IMG/VR virus record: IMGVR_UViG_3300020430_000008
Location: 64,001 to 128,000 of that record
DNA length: 64,000 nt
Direction: 5' to 3' (one strand)
Source of the DNA: a virus
Shown here: positions 10,901 to 20,500 of the stretch, one piece after another
Numbering within the stretch: position 1 is the first letter of the stretch
How the letters are laid out: each line of letters starts with the position of its first letter
Translations under genes and position numbers: made by a program
The notes under the pieces: model-generated
Database searches by the model: none
Told to the model about the DNA's origin: nothing
What the model saw: only the letters and a program-made list of their open reading frames with translations

Positions 10901-13900
10901 TAATAGGATTCATTTTCCACACCAACGTTGGCCATTCATCTCCTGTTGGAGTTTCGCTTTCGCCGCCATACTGAAAGAACCATGAGTAGTTGCGATTGTC
11001 AGTGTCCCATGTGTTGCTTACAAAGTCATATGTGCGTAGCGACTGGTACAATACGGGCACAACAGAGCCTGAGTTATGTTGTTGTAAAACGTGCGCTTTC
11101 TTGAAATCTGAATTGGATGGTTCTTTCTCAGTTGCCAAAACCTTTCGTACATTTTTCATAATATCAGGGTAGTCGCCCTCGCTGAAAAGATTTGCACCGG
11201 AGTCTACCAGTTGGTTACCGGCGTTGAAAAGCTGTTCAGCGTATCTGCTGATTCCCGCTTCGCTACCACCTTCGTGTGTTCCAGCCGGCTCGTAAAACGG
11301 AACCGCAACATTCTGCACAGTGCCGGATATTAACATCTCAGGATATAAGTCTGATTCCATTTTGAACGCCAACTTGACTGGCTCGTACATAAGATCGGTT
11401 GCGATCTCGTTCATAAAGTTTAATGTTGGAATCTCGTCATCTGCTGGAAATAAAGACGGCTTCTTGGGTTCGCCGTCCTCTGCAGCGCACGCTTCTGGGC
11501 ATGGCCATACGTCTGGCACGATTGTGTCTCCGTGCCCATCACCAGCAAAGGGGAAGCCTTCGGGCAGACCCATGAGCATGTTAGCCAGATTCTTAAGATC
11601 ATCAATTTGTTGTCCAAGCTCTTCTGCTGCATCAGCAGCCGCTTCCTCTTCTGGCACTCCCTTGTCTGTTCTTGCTTTAATCTTATCTCTAAGTGGCTCT
11701 TCGCAGCAAATCTTTCGCAAGTCTCTCAAGACAGGAACAACAGGTGTTTCGATTTTTTCTTTTACCTTGTTAGGGATATATTTGCCGATAGCCTCAAACG
11801 TGTCTGCAATCTTTTGGCAATCATCGAACACCAAAGCGTAGTGTGGACATTCATCTCTCATTACGTCCTCTACTCTCGCGCACATTCTTGGTCCTACAAT
11901 TCCGTCAAGAAGCAAAGCCGTTTCTTGTGGAGACATTTTGGCACTAACTGCACTAATAAACGTTGCAGGCGGACAAGGTTCAGGATCTTCTGCTGGATCG
12001 ATTTCGATAGGCTCGTCACAACCCATATCAATTGTCACAGTAGTAGTAGAATTCAACACATTGCCAGCGGGATCGGTTACGTTTCCGTCGCAATCAACTC
12101 CCATATTAGAGAAAATATCACACACCAGATCTTCTGCAGCCATAGCGCCGTACGCATCATTCAGTGCGTCCATAACATCAAAGTCGCCAAAGCCGCCATC
12201 AGATGCGCTATCAAGGAGGCTGCGCAGAACCGATTTACCCATCTCTACGATGGCAGATTCAATTGCCTGCTTGACCGAGCTTTGCATGCCTGAGAACAAC
12301 GCACCCATCAGGTCGCCAGTTGGAATATTGTCGGGCAAAGTGATTGTGGGAATCTTAAATGAGCCACCCATAGAAGCAATAGCACCGCCTGTTGTGGAGC
12401 CTCCACCGGGCGAGCCAGATGGCATACCAGCGCCGGGAAGCGAAGCAGGAGCAGACTCGATAGAGGGACCGCTAGCACCGCCTAAACCGCCAACACTACC
12501 GCCAGTCAATCCGTTAAGAGCGCCGGGACTAAAGGAAGGCAAACCATCTGCACCGGGAATAGAAAGTGCATCAATCTTTGCTTGGATGGCTGGAATATCT
12601 TGGATCATTTCGACTGTTAAGTCTCCAGCATCCATGAACTGCATCAAGATTTCTGTAAGTTGTCCGATCATTGGCTTGAAACCCAGCTTGTCAACAATAA
12701 ACTTAAACAGAGCAATCGCAATTTGCTTTGCAGGAATTCCTTGTGCGGTGCCGGGAGCACCCGCATCCATCATTTCCATGTTTTTAATAATTGCGTCGAA
12801 GCTGCCCAAGGCTGCTGGCACATCAGGAATGTCGCCGACCATCAAGCCGCCGAGTTGTGCAAACAAGTCTGGTTTATCACACAGGATCGAAACGTCCAGA
12901 CCGACATCAGTTGCGGGAATGTCAGGCAACACATCGGGGAAGTTTGGCACCTCTGGTAGTTTACCGAGTAGCGCTTCTAAGTCAAAAATATCAAATGTCT
13001 CATCACCATTAGGTCCAGCAATAGGAATAGGCAAGCTCATGCCGCCAAGTCCGAAATCAGGTATGCCGTAAATTTGGAACGTTCCACAACCAACTTCTGG
13101 TCGGAACACTGCAGTAGGAAGTTTAATATCTGCAATGTTACAGAAATACTCACCTTCGATAAAGTAATCTCCAGTTTCTGGATCTAAGTCGAATGATTCT
13201 AATGCAATGCTGAGTCCGTCAGCCGCCTCAAACAAAGCACACGGTGAGAAGCCTGCGGAAAAGTCAAAATCTTTCAGAGTATTGATTGCATCTTTAACGC
13301 TTGCAGCGCTCGATTGTGCAAGTGCCGGTAAATCTTCTATCTGGGTAATCAGAGACTCGAAGTTGGGCAGCGAAACGACCGAATCGATACCGGAGCCGTC
13401 AACAGAAGCCTGCCACCATTCTCTTGGCATTGTGGCAAGAGTTTGCCAGCCAATGCCGCTAGTCTCTGTAACGCTAGCATCAAGAGTACAAGTCCCAGCG
13501 GGAGTTTGCATACCTGATGCGTTCCACTCGGGAATGTTTGGCAGGGTGGAGTTAGGAATAGATGTGCCGACCTCGCCGATATCCATAGACGCGCCTTCTG
13601 AGCCCCAACTGAATCCTTCCATTCTGTTTCTAAGCATGCTAAAAGGTCTTCCACCTCCGGCAATCGCAAATACAAAGTTGCTCAATAAGAAACCAGAAAA
13701 TGCTTCAACAAATACTCTTCGCCAATCGTCAAGCAGTTCGCCAAATCTAACATCACTAATGTCCGATAAGTTAGCAGCACCAGATGGTCCCAAGCCGTCT
13801 AAAGAAATGCCGGGAATCGCACCGTCTGCCAAGCCGCCGATTGCTTCAATCAATGTCTCCATGCCACCGGGCATTTCAATGTCAGAAAATGCTTCTGTAA

Positions 13901-16541
13901 ATCTAATATTTGGAAATTGTAATCCACCGGGTGAAGCTGATAAATCTCCTGTGCTGGCGTCAACGCCTCCTAGCGCAAACTGAGGGAAGTTCAAGTCAGG
14001 CGCAACAACACCGGGACTAAATCCTCCACTTGGCAGATGGAAACCCGGCAACTCAGCTAAGTCAGCAGCCTGAACGTCCCAGTCTTGAATATGAATAAAC
14101 TCGCCGTCTGGTGTCATCAATTGAATGTCGGGCATGTCAGGGGCAAGTCCCGACCAATCGATCTCGCCTAAACGTGTAACGTCAAGAGGGAAGCCGGTAA
14201 GCGGAATCATAAATGGCATCAAAGCTGCGCCCATTGCCAGTTCAATATCCTTCACAAAGCAACTCAAATCAATACTAGGAGGCTCGAAATCAAACGAAGG
14301 AACACCAACTGTAGCGATTTTTTGGATAATGAGCTTGAGATCATCGCAGGTTAACTCTGCCAAGATGTTCTCTAAAGAATTTGTCATGTCATCTGCTGCA
14401 TCAGCAACAATATCATCAGCATCTGTATCTGCTTCGACACTGACATCGGTGCCGCAAACGGACGGAATCATTGAGTTTACAGCATCGATTTGATCTTGCA
14501 GAGCGCTGATTTCATCGCCAATCTGATCTGCAATACCTTGCAAATGATCCGTCGAAATGCCCATATCAATCATAAGCTGAATCAGATCGTCACAGCTAAC
14601 ATCCAACATGTCCATTAACTGCTGTAACAAATCAGATAATAAGTCCTCTGGGAGTTGTAGCATGAACTGTTTGATTAGTGCGTCCACAGAGAATTGGCTT
14701 AAAGCTGCTTCAAGCAAAGCTGCATAAATATTGTCCAGTCCTAACTCAGCCATAAGCTTCGCCATGGCTTGCTCAATCAGTTTAGGAATAGAAATCTTTT
14801 GCAACAACTCAGCATATACATCATCGAGCGAGTTGATTTTATCAAGCACAATTGGTATGTTTGCAACGATATTATCGCCAGCCGGTATCGCAACGTCAAA
14901 GCGCGCTGCAGCCATGTTAGACAAGAAGTCTGGATCTTCCAGCTTGAGATTTTCAAAAGCAATATCCTTCGGCGTTTTGATAGGCAAAGCATTCATCTTG
15001 TTTGCAATGCTGCCCATATCTGCAAGCTTGGGAACATTAAGCCCACTAGGTGGCGTGGGTCTGATTTCCAGTGGCGGATATGTGTATTGTGTAAGGTACG
15101 TCATCCATGGCGGCGACAAAGAAATCATCTCTGGCTTCTTCGCGTCACTGAACATGTTATTGCCTTGCAGAATGTAGTGCATCAAACGCGCAGACGACGC
15201 AGGAATTTGTGAGGCAAAGTTATTAAATCCGATAGTTTGAGGCATGCCAATGCCGGTGTCGTCTGGATATACAATTACGTGCGTTGGGTTGAACTCTCCA
15301 TCTGTACCGATTTCGATTATGTCTTCGTGGTCTTTTCTCAAATCATAGCCATTTGCCTTGAACAGCTTCTTTAATGCCGGAACGAACGACTTGATCGATT
15401 GACCCCATTTTTTGGGTGAGAAATCTTGCGAACCTCTGATGGTGCCGGGAAACATATCGACAGAAGCTTGCAAGTTCTCCATAGTGTTTCCGACCTTGTT
15501 GAGCTTTTTTTGGATTGTATCTGACTGGTACATGACACTGCGATGCCCTGTTCTGACCTCTGTTGCAGACGCAAAAGTCCGAACCATTCGCGGAACAGCC
15601 ATCAAGTGAGAGTAGTTTACAGAAATTAATGCCTTAATAGACTCGCCGGGGCGCTCGGGTAAAAATGTTTTTTCTAACTTGGCAAAGTTATACAAGTCTT
15701 TATTTAAGTGTGCAACGCCATTGTCGAGCGTGTGTACGTCATAACCAGTTGGCAAGCGGTCGTAATAAACACAAAGCTGTTTGATACCAATACGCTTAGC
15801 CTGCTCCGCGAGCATGTCCATAAGCTCACGGTCTTTGTGCCCTGTGTTCACTGTTGTCATGAACTTCAATTCTTTTTCGTCAAGCCATGGTTCACATGCA
15901 AGCATTTCATACCACGGCGAACCCAATGACCATGACGATATCTTGCGCTTCTTATGCTTGACATATTTGGGAGAAGGCAATGTTGATGGACCTTGCCAAC
16001 AAAGAACGCCGTACTTTAAACCACGAAGATGGACGCGCTCGCAATAGCCGACAACGTTATAAAAGTCAACTGACCGGTCGAGATCCTGAACTCTGATCTT
16101 GCACCACTTAGAACCGGGACCGATGCCTTCGTCAAGTAGCGTAATAATAGTAAGGTGCTCAGCTTCTGCAACAGTTTGAGATCTGGGGTTTGCGAACTTT
16201 TTAATCTTTATCTTCTTGTTACCCGGCTCACCTTCAAATGTAATAGGCTCGGTGTAAAAATAGTGCGTACCTAAGCTGCTTTCAAAAGAGCCCGGTATCG
16301 CGTCACCCGCATCCCACTGAGCGGTAAGGCACTCTTCCTGTGGACAATCTCGTAACTCTTCATCAGTATACCTTTGCATGATTGGCGCAGTCGGAACAGC
16401 AGACTGACCCGTGGCAGAGCCGTGCGCCATTTCTCTTGATTCAGTGTTGACAGACGCATAGAAAGGGTTGGCGGCGATAGAGATCGTCAAACCCGATTCG
16501 TCAGTTTCTGTCGTAAATGTTACTGCTTCTAAATTAATCAT
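7956..16541 (-). CDS. Giant acidic virion protein (2861 aa), tail/baseplate-associated, function unknown
   Basis: Uninterrupted ORF between gp25-like and spike genes; D/E/P/G-rich; possible SH3b-like N-terminal segment (WCKIRV...GYC); Pro-rich hydrophobic C-terminus. Confidence 0.6.
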   Translation of the reverse strand: MINLEAVTFTTETDESGLTISIAANPFYASVNTESREMAHGSATGQSAVPTAPIMQRYTDEELRDCPQEECLTAQWDAGDAIPGSFESSLGTHYFYTEPITFEGEPGNKKIKIKKFANPRSQTVAEAEHLTIITLLDEGIGPGSKWCKIRVQDLDRSVDFYNVVGYCERVHLRGLKYGVLCWQGPSTLPSPKYVKHKKRKISSWSLGSPWYEMLACEPWLDEKELKFMTTVNTGHKDRELMDMLAEQAKRIGIKQLCVYYDRLPTGYDVHTLDNGVAHLNKDLYNFAKLEKTFLPERPGESIKALISVNYSHLMAVPRMVRTFASATEVRTGHRSVMYQSDTIQKKLNKVGNTMENLQASVDMFPGTIRGSQDFSPKKWGQSIKSFVPALKKLFKANGYDLRKDHEDIIEIGTDGEFNPTHVIVYPDDTGIGMPQTIGFNNFASQIPASSARLMHYILQGNNMFSDAKKPEMISLSPPWMTYLTQYTYPPLEIRPTPPSGLNVPKLADMGSIANKMNALPIKTPKDIAFENLKLEDPDFLSNMAAARFDVAIPAGDNIVANIPIVLDKINSLDDVYAELLQKISIPKLIEQAMAKLMAELGLDNIYAALLEAALSQFSVDALIKQFMLQLPEDLLSDLLQQLMDMLDVSCDDLIQLMIDMGISTDHLQGIADQIGDEISALQDQIDAVNSMIPSVCGTDVSVEADTDADDIVADAADDMTNSLENILAELTCDDLKLIIQKIATVGVPSFDFEPPSIDLSCFVKDIELAMGAALMPFMIPLTGFPLDVTRLGEIDWSGLAPDMPDIQLMTPDGEFIHIQDWDVQAADLAELPGFHLPSGGFSPGVVAPDLNFPQFALGGVDASTGDLSASPGGLQFPNIRFTEAFSDIEMPGGMETLIEAIGGLADGAIPGISLDGLGPSGAANLSDISDVRFGELLDDWRRVFVEAFSGFLLSNFVFAIAGGGRPFSMLRNRMEGFSWGSEGASMDIGEVGTSIPNSTLPNIPEWNASGMQTPAGTCTLDASVTETSGIGWQTLATMPREWWQASVDGSGIDSVVSLPNFESLITQIEDLPALAQSSAASVKDAINTLKDFDFSAGFSPCALFEAADGLSIALESFDLDPETGDYFIEGEYFCNIADIKLPTAVFRPEVGCGTFQIYGIPDFGLGGMSLPIPIAGPNGDETFDIFDLEALLGKLPEVPNFPDVLPDIPATDVGLDVSILCDKPDLFAQLGGLMVGDIPDVPAALGSFDAIIKNMEMMDAGAPGTAQGIPAKQIAIALFKFIVDKLGFKPMIGQLTEILMQFMDAGDLTVEMIQDIPAIQAKIDALSIPGADGLPSFSPGALNGLTGGSVGGLGGASGPSIESAPASLPGAGMPSGSPGGGSTTGGAIASMGGSFKIPTITLPDNIPTGDLMGALFSGMQSSVKQAIESAIVEMGKSVLRSLLDSASDGGFGDFDVMDALNDAYGAMAAEDLVCDIFSNMGVDCDGNVTDPAGNVLNSTTTVTIDMGCDEPIEIDPAEDPEPCPPATFISAVSAKMSPQETALLLDGIVGPRMCARVEDVMRDECPHYALVFDDCQKIADTFEAIGKYIPNKVKEKIETPVVPVLRDLRKICCEEPLRDKIKARTDKGVPEEEAAADAAEELGQQIDDLKNLANMLMGLPEGFPFAGDGHGDTIVPDVWPCPEACAAEDGEPKKPSLFPADDEIPTLNFMNEIATDLMYEPVKLAFKMESDLYPEMLISGTVQNVAVPFYEPAGTHEGGSEAGISRYAEQLFNAGNQLVDSGANLFSEGDYPDIMKNVRKVLATEKEPSNSDFKKAHVLQQHNSGSVVPVLYQSLRTYDFVSNTWDTDNRNYSWFFQYGGESETPTGDEWPTLVWKMNPISEAQLQASAQPPATSTTSVPSTYQTPLGEACDDYTVTLSEDVEIPESMEPTLEEGIPLKYQLFRQLIRDKFLKHPLIVEGVDVASSTAWATLGLDDDGDGLFVGFGIRGVYQQIINQLIQSAGIQIIFTELFSADRLRILEIEPTSFSPANACGDKPRSVLDLDDSGKKPTKDAFSKACKDPAKEKETGKNAFKQAGLVGVCEITIRVYVIDMLLRSIFPISEYDVGDFDSIFLQQVADKIIRETQVLDPQYHDAFMDTIDMLFKAACDAAACKDEPMTDPMTGEEIDCESMSALMYYIKKHLDDVADILDTKFGTSTPNVSKVAQEMWLETLPIPEYPIPDGMDVTGLASQADLYATILNNPRSEASIDGMKTYFVGESIATEEGTTSEDTTTSVVPPVYIETDIGFVNSGEFIDPDYPDNLPLPRLFTFSDTDYSSEDLTYVDEEVYLTDGTELTPTEEAAWLATRESVTLSSQWQQISDPVSSFLETGPYNNLYYSLLDNWHRPQHAAYPSPRSFPKTTDVKGGLYMEKFIKIGQEYWNADNLQEWLDLLIDAATKESPDASAIAALAQYANTEAEYGLRLCYMAPTRTPSLTPAAGSTIAANADYLRLLNEMFGNSMGLMPDLSKMQGSLLQPEAVIFNAEVTAEIPDPRAVSTGGSETDSESAADESADAETPMVTATAIESTQEKFFNISIPLVETTISAGSPISFVMAEGAGAAFDAITAYLEAGIVPDADTITTFSTPWTNAPVALDEKLKALQVKMRKSDDWNFMFRQCFHSKQIVQQLWNYCAMMTTTSVPRIDMAFAQTKQELRILFWTLYNDIGTGGDGFSFRAETETTDMEVATLNTDTDGGGLPLPIKMALNTIPMLFKGIAETMDPNIMIAKLIRIAADGDNGKIAKFPSTLMALPFNLIPPPPFGPGIGPPITPIGLAYLALGALTPLEKQNLRMNDANNPPPPPGTGGSGSDADCNPEQDEADE

Positions 16542-16565
16542 TTATTAGTAATGCCTTCGCATATG

Positions 16566-17498
16566 TTAGTTGGTGTTGTTGTACCTACTATTAATATACT
16601 TTCCACCCGCAACACTGAAATATGTTTGCTTGAACATAATCAAGTTTGCGCGTTGTGTCATCAATGATCTTTTTGTATCAGCCAGAAGATCAATGACGTT
16701 TTGAATACCGCTAGCCATAGCAGGCGGTGAAGGAGATGTGGGGGCTCCAAAGAATGGAGAATGGTGAAAGTGAGTTGCTAATGCTGTGTTATATTTCATT
16801 TGGTACATCAAGAAGTTGTCTGTAATACCGATTAGTTTATCAACATGATCTGTAAGTCTAACTAGAGCTTCCTCAAGGTTGTTACCCAAAGGAATAGGTT
16901 GTAAATCTTCATCATCATTTCCAGCAATAAGGTCAATACCGCTGATTTGGTCAACTGCACCGCCTTGTGAATTCTTTTTGTCTGTCTTAGTAACAAGTTT
17001 AATACCTTCACGGGCAACAATTCTGACACCATCGGCTTTCAAGCCAATAGCTGATTTGGCAGAAGCATTGCCGACATTTCCATCAGCCAAACCAAAGTTT
17101 GTGTCAACGTCAGTCTTTTGGCTGATGTGAATCCTTGCAGCATCAAGCTTAAAGTTTGGATCCGTACTAACCGGGTCGCCTTCTGTTGTAGCAGTTGCGG
17201 CGAGGTTAGCCATTCTACCAGCAACCATGTCAATTGATGCACAGTGGGTGTCACCAGAGCCGCCGTAACCACTCAAGCGGCTACCGGGTCTATCGCGACC
17301 TAAAACAATATTTGCATTAGATGCGCACGTTAAAACATTCTCGGTTTCCGACTGAATAAATCGTGGGTTAGGTTCTGCAATTTTCGTTCCACCAATACCT
17401 CGACCAAGACCTCTTGATTGCGCAGAATTACTTTCAGCAAGTGCTCTCTTTTGTGTCGGAGATAGGTTTGCGGTATCTACCGCCTTTCTTTTTCCCAT
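16566..17498 (-). CDS. Baseplate central spike (gp5 C-terminal / gpV-like)
   Basis: Beta-repeat-like segments (AARIHIS, ADGVRIVARE) and C-terminal H-x-H (THFHHSP) followed by PTSPS, as at the apex of gpV-type spikes. Confidence 0.65.
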   Translation of the reverse strand: MGKRKAVDTANLSPTQKRALAESNSAQSRGLGRGIGGTKIAEPNPRFIQSETENVLTCASNANIVLGRDRPGSRLSGYGGSGDTHCASIDMVAGRMANLAATATTEGDPVSTDPNFKLDAARIHISQKTDVDTNFGLADGNVGNASAKSAIGLKADGVRIVAREGIKLVTKTDKKNSQGGAVDQISGIDLIAGNDDEDLQPIPLGNNLEEALVRLTDHVDKLIGITDNFLMYQMKYNTALATHFHHSPFFGAPTSPSPPAMASGIQNVIDLLADTKRSLMTQRANLIMFKQTYFSVAGGKYINSRYNNTN

Positions 17499-17518
17499 AT
17501 TATTATCCTTTATCCGGG

Positions 17519-20500
17519 TTAACCGCCAGTGTAGGGTCCACCCGGTGTCATATTTTGATTACCTGCGGCACACAAGCGTCCGTATCTTGAGTGACCTTTG
17601 GCTTTCGCGTTACATTCAAGTCCTAATGCGGAGAACGGATCTACCTTACTGCTATTGTATGCATCCCCTGTCCACAAACTGTAGTGCAAATGCACACCGG
17701 TAGATTTACCGGTGGTGCCCATTGTCCCAACAACATCGCCGGCACTTACTCTCTGACCGCTAGTAACTTGAATTGTGTGCAGGTGCATATACTGTGAGGT
17801 CATGCCATCGTCATGCTTGACATTTACAATTTTACCGCCCGAGACTGAAGACGGATTGATGCTCGATACAACACCGTTAGCTATAGAAAAAATAGGAATA
17901 GTGCCGGGATTTCCACTAGAAACCGGGTCTAACGAAATAGTATCAATACCGGGATGGTTACTGGAACCAAAACCACCGGGTGGTGGGCGGGGTCCAAAAT
18001 CTGACGAAATGGCGGGGGAGCCGCCCGATGGCCAGTCTCCTTGGAACTCGCCTAAAGCTGCAACCTGTGCTGCCGTCAAGGGCGCTCCACCAGCCGAACC
18101 TGCTCCACCTCCACCGCCTGCACCACCGCCACCGGGGGCACACTGTTCAGGCGCGTTAGCCGAGGCTGCAGCGCTGCCGGGGGCAACACTAGCACTTCCA
18201 ACAGCAAGCGCGGTTGACGGCGGTGTGGGCACGCCAGCGCCGGAAAAGAAGCCATTTACTAAGCCCATAAACTTCTCCCAGTCAAATGTCTCATTACCTG
18301 CAGCATTGGGCGAGTATGAGTTAATCTGGAAGCGAGCGCCGGGAAAAGCCTCACCACCTGACGGTCCTTTGTTGGAGCCATCGCTGGCAATACCGCCGTA
18401 AGGATAAGAAATGCCTTGTGGGTGTGGGTTCTGCAAAAGTGTGCCGGGGTCAGACTTTCTCATTGTCATTTCGTCATGACCAAAAATGTGCGTTCTGTCT
18501 ACGGCAATTTGATTTCTTTTGCAAATATTAGCAACTAAGAATGCAAGGTTTTCATACATAACTTGAGTGTACCACTTGCCGGGTTGCTCTGCCTCTTCCT
18601 TGGGAATACCTGTGATCTCAATGCTAATTCCAGTTCCGTTAGAGTTATTAACATATTTATCTGTTCCACCAGCAAGATTTCTGCGACCTCCTTGTGATGA
18701 AGGCGGGGATGCGTTAGAAAGAGCACCACCATTGCCGAATGCAACGTCGCTTTCTTTTACAAATTGATATACAAAACCACCCGTGTTAATACCGTAATGT
18801 GTTGAGACACCCGCACCGGTACGACAAAATACCTCACCACCTGCCAACTGGCTTGCGCCGGCTGTGGTGTGAATAACAATATGATCAATAGTTGCTGGTG
18901 ATCGGCTGCTAGTCCGGAACGCAGATGAGACTGCAGGGAACCAGCCGCCTTGATTGCCGCCCGTAATAGGACTGCTGAAATTGATGTATCCAAATGCTGG
19001 GTATGCGTCTAAGCTACCTGCACCAGAAGCTGTGCCTGACTCGGTGGCTTGCTCGTAACATTTCTTTATGATGTTGCCTTCCCAGACGCCGCCTTCTTGA
19101 CGGCATTCCGCTTCCGACAGGACGCCTCCAATCACCCTTCCTCGGTCAGAGCCGTAATACGCATCTGCGTCAGCAATCTCGTCTTCTAAGCCTGAGTCCA
19201 TGTCTGTTCCATCGCCCGAGGCTGACCCTTCGCCATCATAACCTAACTCTGTTGCAGCGCTTTGCGCAACCGAAGAGGCTGCTTGACCGTAAGACTCCAT
19301 GTCACTGCCATCAGCAAATGTGGACATTGATTGGGCTTGTTGAATTGCCATCATGTATTGTTCCAAACTGATCTTGTGCATAGCAGGGTTAGTCTCTGCA
19401 ATGCGATTGTATGCTTGAATCGCCTCCATAGCGAGGCGAATTTCAGCCGAAAAATGTTCAAAGTTGCCGGGATTAATAGCGCCACCCTCTTGTTGACGCT
19501 CATATGCAATGGGGCTGTATCTGTGAAAGTTTTTAATCATCTCCCAGCGTGTGCTTTTCCAACAAGGCACATTTTCTTCCGCGTTCAGCCAATCCCACCA
19601 CATGACAGACCAAGCCACCTGCGCTTTGATGGGCGGGTTAGGCTTAGGAAATGTGGGAAAGATTTGACTTGTAACCTCATCTGCCACATCAGCAACAGTG
19701 TCAAGGATCTCATCAATCACTTCAACTTCTTGCTCAACAAACGTAGACTCGGGACGAAGCGCAATGATTGCGTCATAACAATCGCCGGGACAGCCATCAG
19801 GGTACACGCTGGATGTATTGCCCTCGTACACAGACACAACATCGCCGCTCGTTGGGCTGGTATACGTGATTACGTTGCTGGTGTCGATTGTATAGTCAGC
19901 CCATCCGTCAGACCATTCCATGACCGGGACTTCTACCAATTCAGTTTCAATTGTTGGCGGCGTAGCCTCTACCGGTGGAGGATCCTCGACCACTACAGGA
20001 TCAGGCGGGAGTTCACATCGACGATCAACTCCGATTTCCTCATCTGAACATTCGATAATAGAACCAAAATACCCTGTTGCCCAGTCTTTAACGTCTAATC
20101 CGGGGTTACCGGGACCGGGGCTTGGCAAGTGTGCAGGATCAGTTTCTTCATCTCTCACCTCGCCAATAACTGCAGGCTCTTCGATAGCGCCAAGGAAATC
20201 AAGCTCTTCTTTCATACGAAATGGCGGCTTCTCGGAAGTGATTTGATAATCTTCCCAACCAGAACCCATAACGCCAAAGGCAGGAATGATAAACTTGAAT
20301 CCAACATTCATATAATCGTTTAAAACTTGAACAAAATCTTCTTGCTTGAGAGCTTCCGAGCCCTTTTGAGAAACGATTTTGACTTCGCCAGTTGACTCGT
20401 TAACTTTAATAACTGACATTCCAGAAGTAGACAGGATTTGTGCAATCGACCAATCTACGTCGGAGAAACAATAATAAGGGAACGAGTCTTTGTATCTAAT

